Origin: Intoshia linei
Taxonomy: Eukaryota; Animalia; Orthonectida
Direction: 5' to 3'
Assembly: GCA_001642005.1 (NCBI GenBank)
Contig: LWCA01000042.1
Coordinates: 4,435 to 68,434, forward strand
DNA: 64,000 nucleotides
Positions 25,301 through 38,900 of the stretch are shown here, one piece after another. Both the position numbers and the translations under genes were made by a program. Within the stretch, counting starts at the first letter, position 1; every line of letters starts with the position of its first letter. The notes under the pieces are model-generated. The model worked only from the letters and a program-made list of their open reading frames with translations, did no database searches and was not told the origin of the DNA.

Positions 25301-28300
25301 TTTTAAATTCTCCAACTCGTTTGATTTTGAAAAAAAAGGACAATTGGGGTTTTTTACCCGTAAGATGTGAGTTTGGGAGGTTGGAATTTATCTTATTATA
25401 TTTCACGGAAAAAACTGTAATTGAAATGTGGACTTTATAAAATTAACCTTATTAAAGTTATCTCTATTAATTATTGACCGATAAAATATGCATATTTAAT
25501 AGGAATCGGGTTTGGAATATGCTTGATAGCTAGTTATGTAGCCATATATTACAACACAATATTAGCTTGGTCCATTTATTACTTTATCAATTCATTTCAA
25601 AAAATAATACCTTGGAGTAATTGTGATAACGATTGGAATACAGAAAATTGCGTCATTGTTAAAAATGCCGACAATATGCAGTCAAATCGAACACTGAACA
25701 GTGCAGCCAAGGAATATTATTTGTAAGTTTAATAATTAAATTTTGTGATGAATTATTTTGCAATTACGTAATTAATAATTAGCATAATATGTTAATTAAA
25801 TGAAAGGTTTCCGTATCTGGGAATTAGAAATCTTTTTCATCGATGTAACATTATTATCAAAAAATTAGTACATCTTGTAAATCTTGCTATATTAAGAAAT
25901 TTTAGGGGTCCATACAGTGGCAAATCTAAGATTTTCAGCCAGGGGAGCAAAATAAATACTACGGGAGCCAAACGCGTATAATTTATTTAAATTGGAATTT
26001 TTATATTGTTTTTTACAAATTGTAAATATTCCTATCTATAATAATAATTTATATATTTTTTTGTACTACATTCATAGTTTTTGTATTCATTCTAGTAAAT
26101 TTTTCAATATTGAACTGTTGAGTTGCATCAACTGCAGCTGAACTGCATCAAAATCGACATTTTCAGCAAGTTCTCTTTAAATTATGAACAACGTTAAATC
26201 ATAAAAATTTAAGTTAAAACGTAAACGATAGGGCGTATAAAAATTTTTTAATTTTTCACATGTTAATGATGTTAATACACAAATTAAAATATCTTAGGGC
26301 ACATTTTTCACGTCATGGAGGCGGCCGAAATTAAGGAATAATACATGTCTAATTGTGGCGCAAATATTAATGATAATAATTTTATTCATTTGACTAATAA
26401 TCATGGTACAGTGCAGAATATTACCTATCTTATTTTGGCACAAATATTAATGATAATAATTTTATTCATTTGACTAATAATTATGGTACACTGAAGAATA
26501 TTAGCTGTCTTATTTTGGCGCAAATATAAATGATTATAATTTTATTTATTTGGCTAATAATTAATGATAAATTAAAGGATATTACTTGCAACTAATTCCA
26601 TTATCTACATCTAAAAACAATTTGAGACATTCTTTTCTTTATAGTTTCATGATGTGAAACACCCTAGTAAGCTTATTACATTTGACGTGGATAGACGGGT
26701 AGCGAAATTTTAAAAAAGTAAAAATTAATTTTTATTTTTTAGTTACAAAGTATTAGAAATTCAAAAATCGGATGGTTTAAGTAATATTGGTACTATAAAA
26801 TTATCTTTGGCATTGTGCCTTCTTTTTTGCTTTTCCAGTGTTTATTTTGCACTATGGAAAGGAGTCAAATCTTCTGGAAAGGTAGATTATATAAATATAC
26901 AAATTAATGTACGTTACTAAATATATTAATACTAGCTTGACTGTTTTGTACTTGGTAAAAACAGCACCTAGCTTTGCCGAGGGTGGAATGTTATAATTTT
27001 ACCAAAAAAATATATTCTTAAATAAAATTAACACTAGACACTATCACCAATCTTTTAAAGGAATGGTTGCCAAACGTTTGATTTTTTATTTATATATTCT
27101 AGGACGATTAATTATATCAAATTTTTTGTTTTAATGAAATAATTTCCCCAAAATCAAGGTAAACAGTAAATTCTTTTGTTAAATGAATGTTTAAGTTAAC
27201 ATTGAAAATTTTCATATATTGTAACTGGAAAAAGCTGTAAATTTCTAAGACATTTTTAGTTATTGAAATAAACGACAACACAAAGAGTTTTAGGAAATCA
27301 TAATTTAGGATAATTTCCAATATTATATGTATTACAATTTTAGCGTCGCGAAAAACACGTTATAAAATGTAAATTTTCCTGGATCACAAAATTTTTGCGT
27401 GGTCCCATAGGGCCCACATATTCCACGCTAAGAATGGTTGATTGATGGTTTGATGGATTGATTTTTTTAAACATCAATTAATATATTATTTAGGCAGTAT
27501 GGATAACGGCAACATTACCTTATTTTATTCTTATAATATTACTAATACGTGGAGTAACATTACCTGGTGCTTCAGCTGGAATTCTTTATTATTTAATTCC
27601 GCAATGGGAAAAATTACTAGAAACTAAAGTATTTTATACATATGTTTATTTATATATAATTGCGGAAACTACTAACGGCTTTTCGCGGTAGGACCCCAGG
27701 ACGGCACGTGTTCTCCATAAATTATGTATGAATTTAAATAATTTAGAATCAGTACCCGCGCAACTTCTAATATATTACGTTTTTTTACAAAACAATACAT
27801 TCATTATAACAACTACAAAAAAAATTGATTCCACGACATACTTTACTTTATTTTTACTTAAATCTAACCATTTTTACTAAAAATCCACTTTTACCAACCT
27901 TTAATGGAAAAATTCGGTTTTATTATCATTATTATTATCGGAAAAAATATTATAGATAAATAAAGTAAAGTAAATATAAAGTTTTTCACATGTTGCGTAC
28001 GTTTAAGTAACATTTAAGTGATTTTTTCAATTGTATTTTTTATTTTAAAAATGAATAAGTTAAAATTGAAACCACCATCCTTATAGTGCAGGGGTCACCA
28101 ACTTTTGCATCCCATGAATCGTGGGTCATTTTTTTTATACCAAAAAATTATACGTCCCCGTTTTTAAATATTTACACCTGATACATTTCAATTTTAACTA
28201 AATTGAAACCATTCATACTCAACAAAATAAAATCCAGGGCGATCTGAAAATTTATAAAATGTTAAAAATGAAAAGTAGAAAATGTTTACAACGGTTTTTA

Positions 28301-31300
28301 AAACTTGAAAATTTTAAAAATAAATAAATCAAATATTTACTCAAAGGTCCACCAAAATTAATATGTGGGTCACTGATTGCCGACCCCTGTTATAATATAA
28401 AAGTGTGTATGACGTAAAAAAACCTATCACAACGTTTATAATTTTATATGCTGCTTTTATTCGATATTTAGATATGGATAGATGCAGGTTCTCAAATATT
28501 TTTCAGTTTGGGACCAGGATTTGGTGTATTATTAGCATTTGCCAGTTACAACCCACCGAAAAATAATTGTTACAAGTAATGGCAATAAATTATACATAAA
28601 ATTTAATAAACAAATGCAGTATCCTCTCTAACATTCTCCAGCTTTGTAGTGGTCAATCCGCTACATTACATTATTTTTTGTAAAAAATATATTTTATTAA
28701 CAGGGGGGACCAAGATATGAAAAAAATTCTAATAAAAATTAATGGTATTATCAACCAAATTTCAGGGTAACGGAATTCGATTTTAACAGAATTCCTTGTT
28801 AATTAAAATATTCTTGATTTATGATTAATTAATTGACTATTTTATAAAATATACTGACTAAAATAAAGAATATAACGCAAAATTTAAATGTTATAAAAAT
28901 AAAAATGAATTTCAGTTTTTCTTGATAATTACATTAATAATCTACAAGTAATCAATTGAAAAGCATAACATATTAAAAAATAAATCTTCCAATTTGCCAT
29001 AATTTTAATTAAAAATCAATTTAACAATACTGACTGTACTTGAAGAATTTACAGAAACATGTTTAAAAATAAACCATTAAATTCATTTTTATTTTAATTA
29101 AAATGTAGTTATATAAAATCATGTTAACGAGGAATTAGTCATTATAGGGGTTTATATGATTCAAATTCTCTACTAAGTCAGAAATTATATCATTAGAACA
29201 TATATGTGTAGATGGAGAATACTGTAATAAATATTTTAATTCAAACATCTAGAGATGCATTATTAACTTCCTTTATTAATTGTTTTACGAGCTTTTTATC
29301 GGGATTTGTTGTCTTTTCTGTCATAGGATACATGGCTCACATTCAAAATACAAAAATAGAAGATACTATTGACGAGGGTTTAATTTATTATTGATTATTT
29401 AATTATTTTTTTATAAATTTTAAATTTAGAAGCTGGATTAATATTTATAGTTTACCCTGCCGCACTAACAACGTTAACGGGAAGTTCATTTTTCTCGGCA
29501 ATATTTTTTCTAATGCTTTATACACTTGGGCTAGATAGTACAGTTGTTTTATTTTAATTTTTTTATATATTGAATATAGTTTGGTGGTCTGGAAGCATTA
29601 ATAACCGGAATTTGTGATGAATGGCCTAAAACTATTGGAAAACGGCGGGAATTGTTTGTGTTGAGTCTTATAGTTTATTGTTTCTTGGGATCATTGGTCA
29701 CAACTACTTATGTATTTTATTTTTATGAATTTTCAGAATTGTTACAATTAGGGTGGAAATTACATTATTAAATTGTTGGATTCATATGGTGCTTCAAAAT
29801 CTATACTATTTATATGTATGTTGGAATGTATTACAGTTAATTGGATATATGGTAAGTATTTTAGTGTAATAATAAATCGTGGGTTCTTAACCTGGCGTCT
29901 CTGGACTGAATTAATTTGAATTTAAAAAAAAAAAAATAATTGGGATTTTTGACCTTGAAGGACTCAATTTCTGAAAATGAAATATGTGATTAAACATCAC
30001 CATCGAATAACGTTAATAGACATATGAATTGTTTCAAATTCAACTCCTCTTACTTTCTTAACTCTTTGAGGATACAGGGCACGAGTACGTGCGATGGATA
30101 ATATCAATAAATTATAAAATCGCAAAATCCTGTGCGATAGTTAATTTAATGGTTAATTAATTGGCTTCTAATTTCTTCTCTAATTTAGCCTTAACACATT
30201 AAAGTACCTATAAAACATACATTAGTGTAAAAATGACATCTGGTGTAATAAATACAATGCAATTCCACATGGCTTGTTTTAAATTTTACAAATTTTACAA
30301 AAAATCTCTATTTAAAATAACGAATATTCCTCAAAGGGTTAAATAAACTAGAACAGACAGACAGATAAACAAATAAACACATAGGCCCACAGACATACAA
30401 TTAACTAAATTATTTTACATGAGTAATAATTTATTTCATTGGTAGAATTAAAAAATTCCTCCCTCGGCAGAGTTAGGTTCTATTTGTACAAAGTACATAA
30501 CCGTCAACCAAGTTACCTTATATAGGTAATGATTTAATGATAATATTTATTATATAGGCGTTAAAAGATTTTCAAAAGATTTGGAAAACATGAATGGCCA
30601 TAAACCAGCATTATTTTGGAAAATATGTTGGGTTGTTATATCACCAATGTTTTTACTAGTGCGTTTTACTTATATAATATGAATATTCACCATTACAGTA
30701 TAACAGCCAAACCTAGCGTACCGAGACCCTTCGGTGAGACCAAATTTTTGTAAAATTAGTAAAAATTATATTTTTCAAAACAATAACATTTTGTTTTATT
30801 TTCACATTTGAAATGTCTATTCCAAACCGGTAGAAAAGTGACTAGTGGCTATGTGGCATTAGGTACCGTTTGGAAACATTTTAAAAGGGTCTGTTTTTGG
30901 TCCGTAACTATTTGGGTCTATTGTTGGGTATTATTTTGGGTCCCTAAGCTTAAATAAGAGATTATTCAAAAAAGTTGCGAAACACTGTTTGATTTTTGAA
31001 TAGGTTATATTAAAAAATCTTACTAAATTATTATATTTTAGACATTATTTATTTTATCCATGCTAGATACAGATACATTAATAGGGCAAGATTATGTTTA
31101 TCCATATTGGGTTTATTATATAGGATGGGGAATTACGTTTAGTTCATTGGTTCCCATTCCATTGTACATAATTTATCGATTTTTCTTTGTTGAAACAGGA
31201 TCCATTAAAAATGTAATTTTTTATAAATATTTTTAAATTATATAATAATGTTAATTACTTATAACTTTTAATCTCATGAGTTATAAGGTAGTCTAATTCC

Positions 31301-31820
31301 TACTTAGTTAACGGAATTTTTTATGCAAGAATTTTTAATTTAATAATGAAAATTTATGGGGTTTCATATTTTTGCTTTTGAATTATTTAGGTTACACCTT
31401 CAATGTATTTCGTACATTCCAATTTTTAAAGTCATTTTAAAAAAATAATTTCCTCAAGTACAGTGAGTATTTTTTTAGCTAATACGATATTTATTTTATA
31501 TTTAAGTATACATGTTTGAAATTAAAATTAAAAAATTAGCAAAGGGATCATGGACAATATTCCATTAAAATTTTAATTACACTCCTAGTTTAGGCATTGA
31601 TTACAATTAACCATTAGATTCATATACTATATTACTTATGTATTTTTGAACATATTTTTTTTGATTTTATTTTGTGGTTTTATCACAAAAACCACTAAAA
31701 ATAAACGTAATATTTATAATTCAGAAAATTAAGTAATCCGTAAATATGAACTACAGACTGTATAAGAATAATTTTATTTTTTAGAGATTAAACAAAATGA
31801 TTAAACCAGAAATTAATTAA
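22330..31820 (+). CDS. SLC6A4: Sodium-dependent serotonin transporter (SLC6 monoamine subfamily), ~13 exons
   Basis: [35 protein letters not shown] (TM1 Asp plus the SERT-type DLGN/YIC), [61 protein letters not shown] and GLDSTFGGLEA. Exons near 22330, 23460, 25503, 26743, 27494, 28471, 29253, 29430, 29580, 29752, 30558, 31042 and 31785. Confidence 0.9.
24582..25440 (-). mobile_element. Helitron-family copy in SERT intron
   Basis: Reverse-complement 3' end (aaacaggacctagctctgcagagggcac) and family body. Confidence 0.8.
26345..26565. repeat. 80-bp tandem repeat, ~3 copies
   Basis: tggc(g/a)caaatat..atgat.ataattttatt recurs at 26356, 26436 and 26516. Confidence 0.85.
28089..28389. mobile_element. 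hAT MITE
   Basis: Ends caggggtcaccaac / ttgccgacccctg. Imperfect 8-bp TSD ttatagtg / ttataata with central TA. Confidence 0.7.
28617..29224. mobile_element. Tc1/pogo-like MITE
   Basis: Imperfect TIRs cagtatcctctcta / tagatggagaatactg followed by TA. Internal gggggaccaag motif is shared with copies near 10232, 24392, 47026 and 51303. Confidence 0.5.
30062..30338. mobile_element. piggyBac-like MITE
   Basis: TTAA|ctctttgagga ... tcctcaaaggg|TTAA. Confidence 0.7.
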
Positions 31821-32242
31821 AAGAAATAAATTTATAAATTTAATTTTGGTCCACATAAAATAAAATGTAATGTTAATGTTATTTGCACTTCAGTTACCAC
31901 AAAGTGAAATTATTCATTTTGCAATATTTACCTGAATAATACACATCGATTCAAATTTTTTTACCATTGTTCATTTTGTTCAACTGAAAAATACATTAAC
32001 AATTAATCCAGTTTAATATGGTATTATTATCTTTTACATCATCGGGATCATTGGTATACCTATTAAAAATTGATAAATTATTAATGAAAATACTACATGT
32101 GCAAATTTATATTCTGTTATTCTATACTTTATTTGATGTCTTGTTATTCTGCTCACAATATAAAAAACATAGTATTACAACATACATTAGTAGTATAAGA
32201 AAAATACATTTTTTCTATTATCAGTATTTTTAGTAAATTCCT

Positions 32243-34804
32243 AAAGTGCTGATTCCGTTAATTATTGATACACAATTGATAATTTTTACTCATCTAAATA
32301 AGATACTAAATACGTATCACCACATTTAAAAGGACAAAATTTGTATTTACAATTTTATTTTTTCTAAAATTTAAGCTATTTATGACAATTTTTAGGATTG
32401 TACTGTTTTTACTTTATTTTTAAGATTATACTCACATTCTGTCTAATCTGAAAAAGTTAATTAAGAATGTTAGAATATCGAACTATATGTATAAACAGTG
32501 TTTATTATTATTTAAATTTATTAAACACATTTTGATAAAATTCAAAAAAAATATTAAACACAAAAAAAAAAAAGAAAAAAAAGATGTTTTTCTAAGGAAT
32601 AAAGCTCGATGCGCAAAGTCGTTTCTGCCAAGTTAAATAAGAATATTATTATTAAAAAAAGTAAGTGTCAACCTAAACAAGCAAAAATTTTGTGAAATAG
32701 AACCTTTAATATGTCATAAATTTTGATAATGCCCAAAATTAGATTAAAAATATTTTGATTAATTTTAGTTATCATTAATAGAGACCTTAATAAATGTTTA
32801 GGAGATGGAGATAATCTTTCAAAAATTAAATTTTTATATACTGGGTTGATGGTTAAAAATCCCTGATTTATATGATTAAAATTAAAATAGTCAAACTAGT
32901 ATTTTATATTATGAAAAAAAAGAAATTTCGATTACAAATAAAAGAAATAATTTTTAAATAACTATTATTGAACTGACTCGCCGCAAGATTTTTTCTCTTC
33001 AAAAAGTGGTCCAAATGACCTAAAAGCTTTACCGGTTGCAAGTACAGATAGTGTCCGTCAAATAATTTTATACAAAGCAAAGGGAATATAAATCCATTTT
33101 GAAAATGAATGAGAGCCTCTTAAGGCACTTCGTGGATCTAGGCTAAGCAAAGCGTCGGAGGCCCTTTAAAGTTTTGAGCGAAGCGATAAAAAAAATTAGG
33201 TTCCCTTTTTAGAAGATAGGTCATACTGTTGGTTGGAGACTTAGAGTCTTATTTCATTGAGTATTAATAAAATCATTAAAAGATATGTAGGTTTATAGTA
33301 ACTTTTATTACTACTTTACAAGCTATCTATTTTCTTTTTTGAATATTTACTTTATAGAAAGGTTTTAATGTTTAATATTACCATTTGAAACAGTTTTTAT
33401 GTCAATATTATATGATGAACATTGTAGAATATATTTTAAATTGAATATTTACCAGAACTTTGATTCTTTAAACTATTTTCTTTCTAGCTATTTGAATTCC
33501 CCACACTTCAAAACTTATAAACTGTTTCTTAAGATATAAATGTAAAGTATATTTTAATAATTGGGGTCTCTTTTTAAGATATAAATGTAAAATACTTTTA
33601 TTAATTTGGGGGCATTTTTTAATGAGTAGCCCTGGGCTACAGCCCATATTGCCCATGCCTTAAAACGTCTCTAAATAAATGTAATGATAATAAACACTGT
33701 AGTGTAAACATAAATTGTATGCAAAATATGTTAATGTCAACTTTGGATGTCTGTTTGTTTAGTAATGAATATTTCGTATCTTTTTGTTTAATTTCTTATT
33801 TTTATCAGGTTTTATTTTATTTTGAAATTGATAATTTAGTTGTTAATAATAGTATTTCTTTTAATCACATAGAAATGAAACTTTGAACATTTTAGACATA
33901 CGTGCAGTATAAGGTAAATTTAAACTATCAATTCATTATTTTAAAGGTTAAAGGTGTATTCAATTCACTTGGTTCCATCATTGACAAAGGCGTATATGGG
34001 GATAGGTCTATATGAAGATTCTATCATCACAGCCTGTCATTATAGATTAATAAGTGATGTTGGAATATGATGTTGGAAAAATTTTTCATATGGCGGAGAA
34101 AAAATTTAAAAAACGGATGGAAAAACAATATTTTTTCTGCGCCATATCTACACGTACATGTACATATAAATGAATAAAATCTTCACCTAACCTGGTTCTA
34201 CTGTTGCCTCTCTACGATCTAGACCATAGTACAATGTATCAGTATAGTACAGTATTAAATATCAATATATCACCAAGTAAAAGAGTGAATATAGTATATC
34301 GATTAATATGTGAAATTGGAATATGAAGGAAATTTTCGTTACGAATGTGTTCAAAGTTCTAAAAAAACTTTTAACCATAACTATAAGAATATAAATAAGA
34401 AAAATTTGCATCTACAATTTGAATTTCAATAATTTATTCAAATACTTCCCAAACTTGTTTCGGATAGAACCGTTTATTTACATTACTTTTTACTTTAAAG
34501 TCAATTATTCCATCTTAATTTTTTGTTTGTTAACATTTGCGTAAAGAATTTTAAAAAATTTTTTATCCCATTTTTTTAATTTATTTTAATTTAATTTATT
34601 AGACAGAATGTGTGTATAATATTAAAAATAAAGTAAAAACAGTCCAATCCTAAAAATTGTCATAAATAGCATAAATTCCAGCAAAATAAAATTATAAAAA
34701 CCTATTTTGTCATTTTCAATGTGATGATATATATTCAGACCAATTTAATACTTAATACTTAAAAATACCAATTATTTATCTATAATTAACGGAATCAGCA
34801 CTTT
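32243..34804. repeat. ~205-bp inverted repeat pair (32243-32447 / 34598-34804)
   Basis: aagtgctgattccgttaatta...ctatttatgacaatttttaggattg...cacattctgtctaat recurs in reverse complement. Confidence 0.8.
33112..33673 (-). mobile_element. hAT MITE (inverted sister copy of 56524-56972)
   Basis: Long reverse-complement similarity to 56524-56972. Flanks aatgaatg / aataaatg. Confidence 0.75.
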
Positions 34805-35942
34805 ATAAACATATTTCAGGTGAATTTTCCAATATTGCAAAGCATTGTAATAAATATAAAAATGATAATAACAAAGTTGTATTACTTTTAATAATTTGTT
34901 ATTGTAGTTTTAATTTAAATTTTAAACAAAATGATTTGAAAATGAGAATTTAAGAATTAAAAATTGCGTAGCAATGAAAAAAGTTCATATTGTAAAAATT
35001 TGAAAAACGTTGATTGAAACAGTATAGCATCGTTTCTTGCCAAGCACACTGTGGGTGATTTACCTAATACACTATGTTTTAATTATAATAATAAGATAAA
35101 ATAACATAAAAATTTACTATTTATTATTTATTTATATTTAAAACCTGTAATATACAAATACAATAAAAGCACATAAAAATAAAACTAGTAACGATAAATT
35201 ATCGATTAACCTTCTAATAACCTTAAAACGGATTTAAATCTACACTAATTATAGGCAATTATTAATATTTTGTAAGTTACATGACAAATATATATATAAT
35301 TATATATCTAAATATTTATAGAATCTAGTAATTCCTAACGTGGGCGGTAGCGCCCACTTTAGGCACTATAGCTATTTGGGACGATAGAAAAAATTTTAAT
35401 TTTGTAAATGTTAATAAAAAATGTTTCAATAAATAAAACCATAATCAATAACAAATTATACAATTAAGTGAAAAAATGTAATTATCATAATACATAAATA
35501 AATGTATCATTAATACCCTTCAAAATTTTTTTAAATTATCCATAAATAATAATTTATAGCATTAAAAACTATACATCGTATTTATAAGACGAGGGGCATT
35601 ATTTTGGTAATGTATAATGCTAAAAGCAATACATGTGACATGTTCCATATTTATAATTTTATATTTTTTAAGTCTACAATAAATAATATCCAATTGTCAT
35701 ATAACCAACTCGATAAAATAAATGTTATCATTTATTAAAATATTTTGTCCTAGATATAATGGACAATTCATGGTTGAGAGATTAATTTAAATAATTGTCC
35801 ATAATTCAAATCTCTCAACCTTACAATATATTAATATTATATAATAAATTAATTTTATTTTAAATTGCCATGCAATTAAAAGTTTCATATAAAATTAATA
35901 AAATATATTGTAAATTTAGAATATTAATTTTATAAAATAAAA

Positions 35943-38900
35943 ATGAGCAACGAGACAAAAGAATTAAAAAGAATTATGGGTTTATTGGATGGAATAGCCA
36001 TAATAATGGGCGTAATTATAGGATCAGGTATTTTCATTTCACCAAAGGGAATTGTTATGAATGTTCAATCGGTAATTTTAATGTAATAGATTTTGTACAT
36101 TTATATCTAATATTGACTGTGCGTGAATTATTAATATATATATATTTAGGTGGCATTATCATTAATGGTTTGGGCAATGTGTGGAATAAGTACAGTAAAT
36201 TTAAATTTTACATTGTAAATAATAATAATTTATTTATAAAAATTAAATATTACATTAGATGTTTGGAGCTCTAAGTTATGCAGAATTGGGCACACAAATA
36301 AATAAAAGTGGAGCAGAATACGCCTACATTTTACACATTTTTGGAAATTGTCTATCATTTTTAGTATTATGGACTTCTATGCTTATAATTATGCCATCTA
36401 CCCAAGCAATTATAGCATTAACATTTTCTAAATACATTGTTGAAACAATTTATCATGATTGTACTCCTCCAAGTCATCTTGTGACAATTTTTTCGATACT
36501 TGTTGTTTGTAATCTTAAAATTTAATTTTACTATTTATTCAAGTTTATTTCAGTGTTTTTCAAAATGATTGAATTCTGGTACCCAAAAAAAAGGATAAAA
36601 AAAAAAAAAATATTTGTTAATAATAATAAATTTATGGGGGGGGATGATTATGATTATAATTGATTATAAAATTAAGTTTTCAAATATTTTTCAAGAATAT
36701 TAATCCATCTTCAACATATTGAAAAATATTGGTGAAAATTATTATTTTAGTCAATTTATTAGTTGAGTTTATTTTCTATTTTGTATAAATTAGTGTCTTA
36801 TTGTTTACTATTTCTTATTACTTATTAAATAAAACTAAAAAATTAACATTGATAAAATCCTTAAACCCAAATAAAAGTATTTTTAGGTTTCATTGGAGCA
36901 ATAAACAGTTACAGTGTAAAAATTTCAACAAGTTTACAAAAAATTTTTCTTTTTGCAAAAATATTTGCACTTATTGCAATTATTTGTCTAGGAATTTATA
37001 GTTTAAGTTTGGGTAATGTTAACAATATTCAAAGAGGCTTCGAAAATAGTAGATATGATTTTGGATCAATTTCGTTGGCTTTATATTCTGGACTTTTTTC
37101 GTTTGGTGGATGGTACGTTTTATTTGTAAATATAAATATTTTTTTAATATACATGTAATCACTATTTAACCGTTATTCGTTTATGTTTAATAATTTAGGA
37201 CATATCTGAATTATGTTACAGAAGAATTAAAGGAACCTAAAAAGTAATTTTAAAACATTATTAGATTTGTTGTGGTCATTTGTATGGTTCACATGTACAG
37301 CACTTCATCCTATATTTGAGAAATCCTGAGTGTATGATTCACTGTATATTTTATTTAACAATTTAACAAAATCACAATAAAATGACTCATAAATGATCTC
37401 AAAATTATTCATATTTCAATTATTTTTCTAAGCGACTAATAAAAGTCGTCATTTAAATTAGGTTTGATAAAATACAATTTTTACATTCAAAATCCTTCCA
37501 TTCACTAAAACTCATGCAAAGGCCACGTATATAATTATAATAAAATTAGTATATTAATAGTAATAAATGTAGAATATTAAATGTAATTATAATTAATATA
37601 TTTAGAAATTTACCTCGTGCCATAATAATATCAATGTTGGCCGTCACAATTTTATACGTTTTAGTTAATATTTCATATTTTATTGTATTATCTCCACTTG
37701 AAATTATAAATTCTAATGCTGTTGGAGTGGTAATTATATTATTCAAAAATTAATGAAATTAAGTTTTATATTAACTCAATCTTTAATTTAAAGGTACAAC
37801 TGTATAACTCTATTTCTAATAATTTCATGCTATAAAATATACACTTTACATGGAAATAACAGGTGTATAACAATAATACGAGGTGAAATAACAGTTTTAC
37901 ACATGTTTTATGTTTTTCTGAGGTATAGTGATATATGATGAAGACAAAAAAATCAAATATAGAAATTTGGCAGTCTGCATTTTAATAATTATTAAATTCA
38001 GTAGAATTGAAAAAACCCAATTTCGAATACAGTTTCGAATTACAATTTTCCTAATACGTGTTTTTATCTATTTTTCCGTTTCAGGATTTGAGTTCTTCAG
38101 GGTAAAAAACGCAATTTTCCCTTTTGTTTAGAAAAATACATTCTATGACGCGTTTTAAAATCATTAACATTGTCGTAAATATCAGCCTCAGAAACACATA
38201 ATGTCATGGTGAAAACCGCAAATTACCCTTTGTTTAAAAAATTAAATATGAATTAAAATTTCATCAAACATAAACTTTGGTATAGTTTTTAAAATCATAA
38301 GCATTATAATAAATGGCAACCTCAAAAAAGTCAATTTTCACGATCAAAACCACAGATTACCTTTTTTTTAAAAATAAAAACCGTCATAGAATTTAAAAAA
38401 AAATACAGCTGATACAGTTATATCCAGTGAATACACACAAAAATTTTAAACTGAAAACGTGACGCCATAACAGTCACAAAAAGTACTTTAATATTCATTT
38501 TTTTTGATTTCGAAATTATTTTATCAACAGGCAGTGGATGTGTATTAACAAAAAATTTTAAATAATTAATGGTCCTGTTTTTACTAAAATATTAAAAGCA
38601 AGATAGGTTAAAATTAGATTTACTAAATTTACTAAATTATATATACAGTCAGACCTCAATTTAACGAACAGCAACTTAAATGAAAATTTCTTGTTCGTGA
38701 AAAAAAAGTTTACCAACAAACAAATTTATTTTTAATTAATTTATTTTTTTATAAAAATCACATATTGTTTTGTATCTTTTTTTTAATATAGTTTCTTTCA
38801 CCGCTTGTAATGCAATTAAGCCATTCAAGTTATCAGAAATAAATAATTTTCCTAGTTTATCAATACATTCTAAAGCCTCCATTCTAGATATAATGTCATC

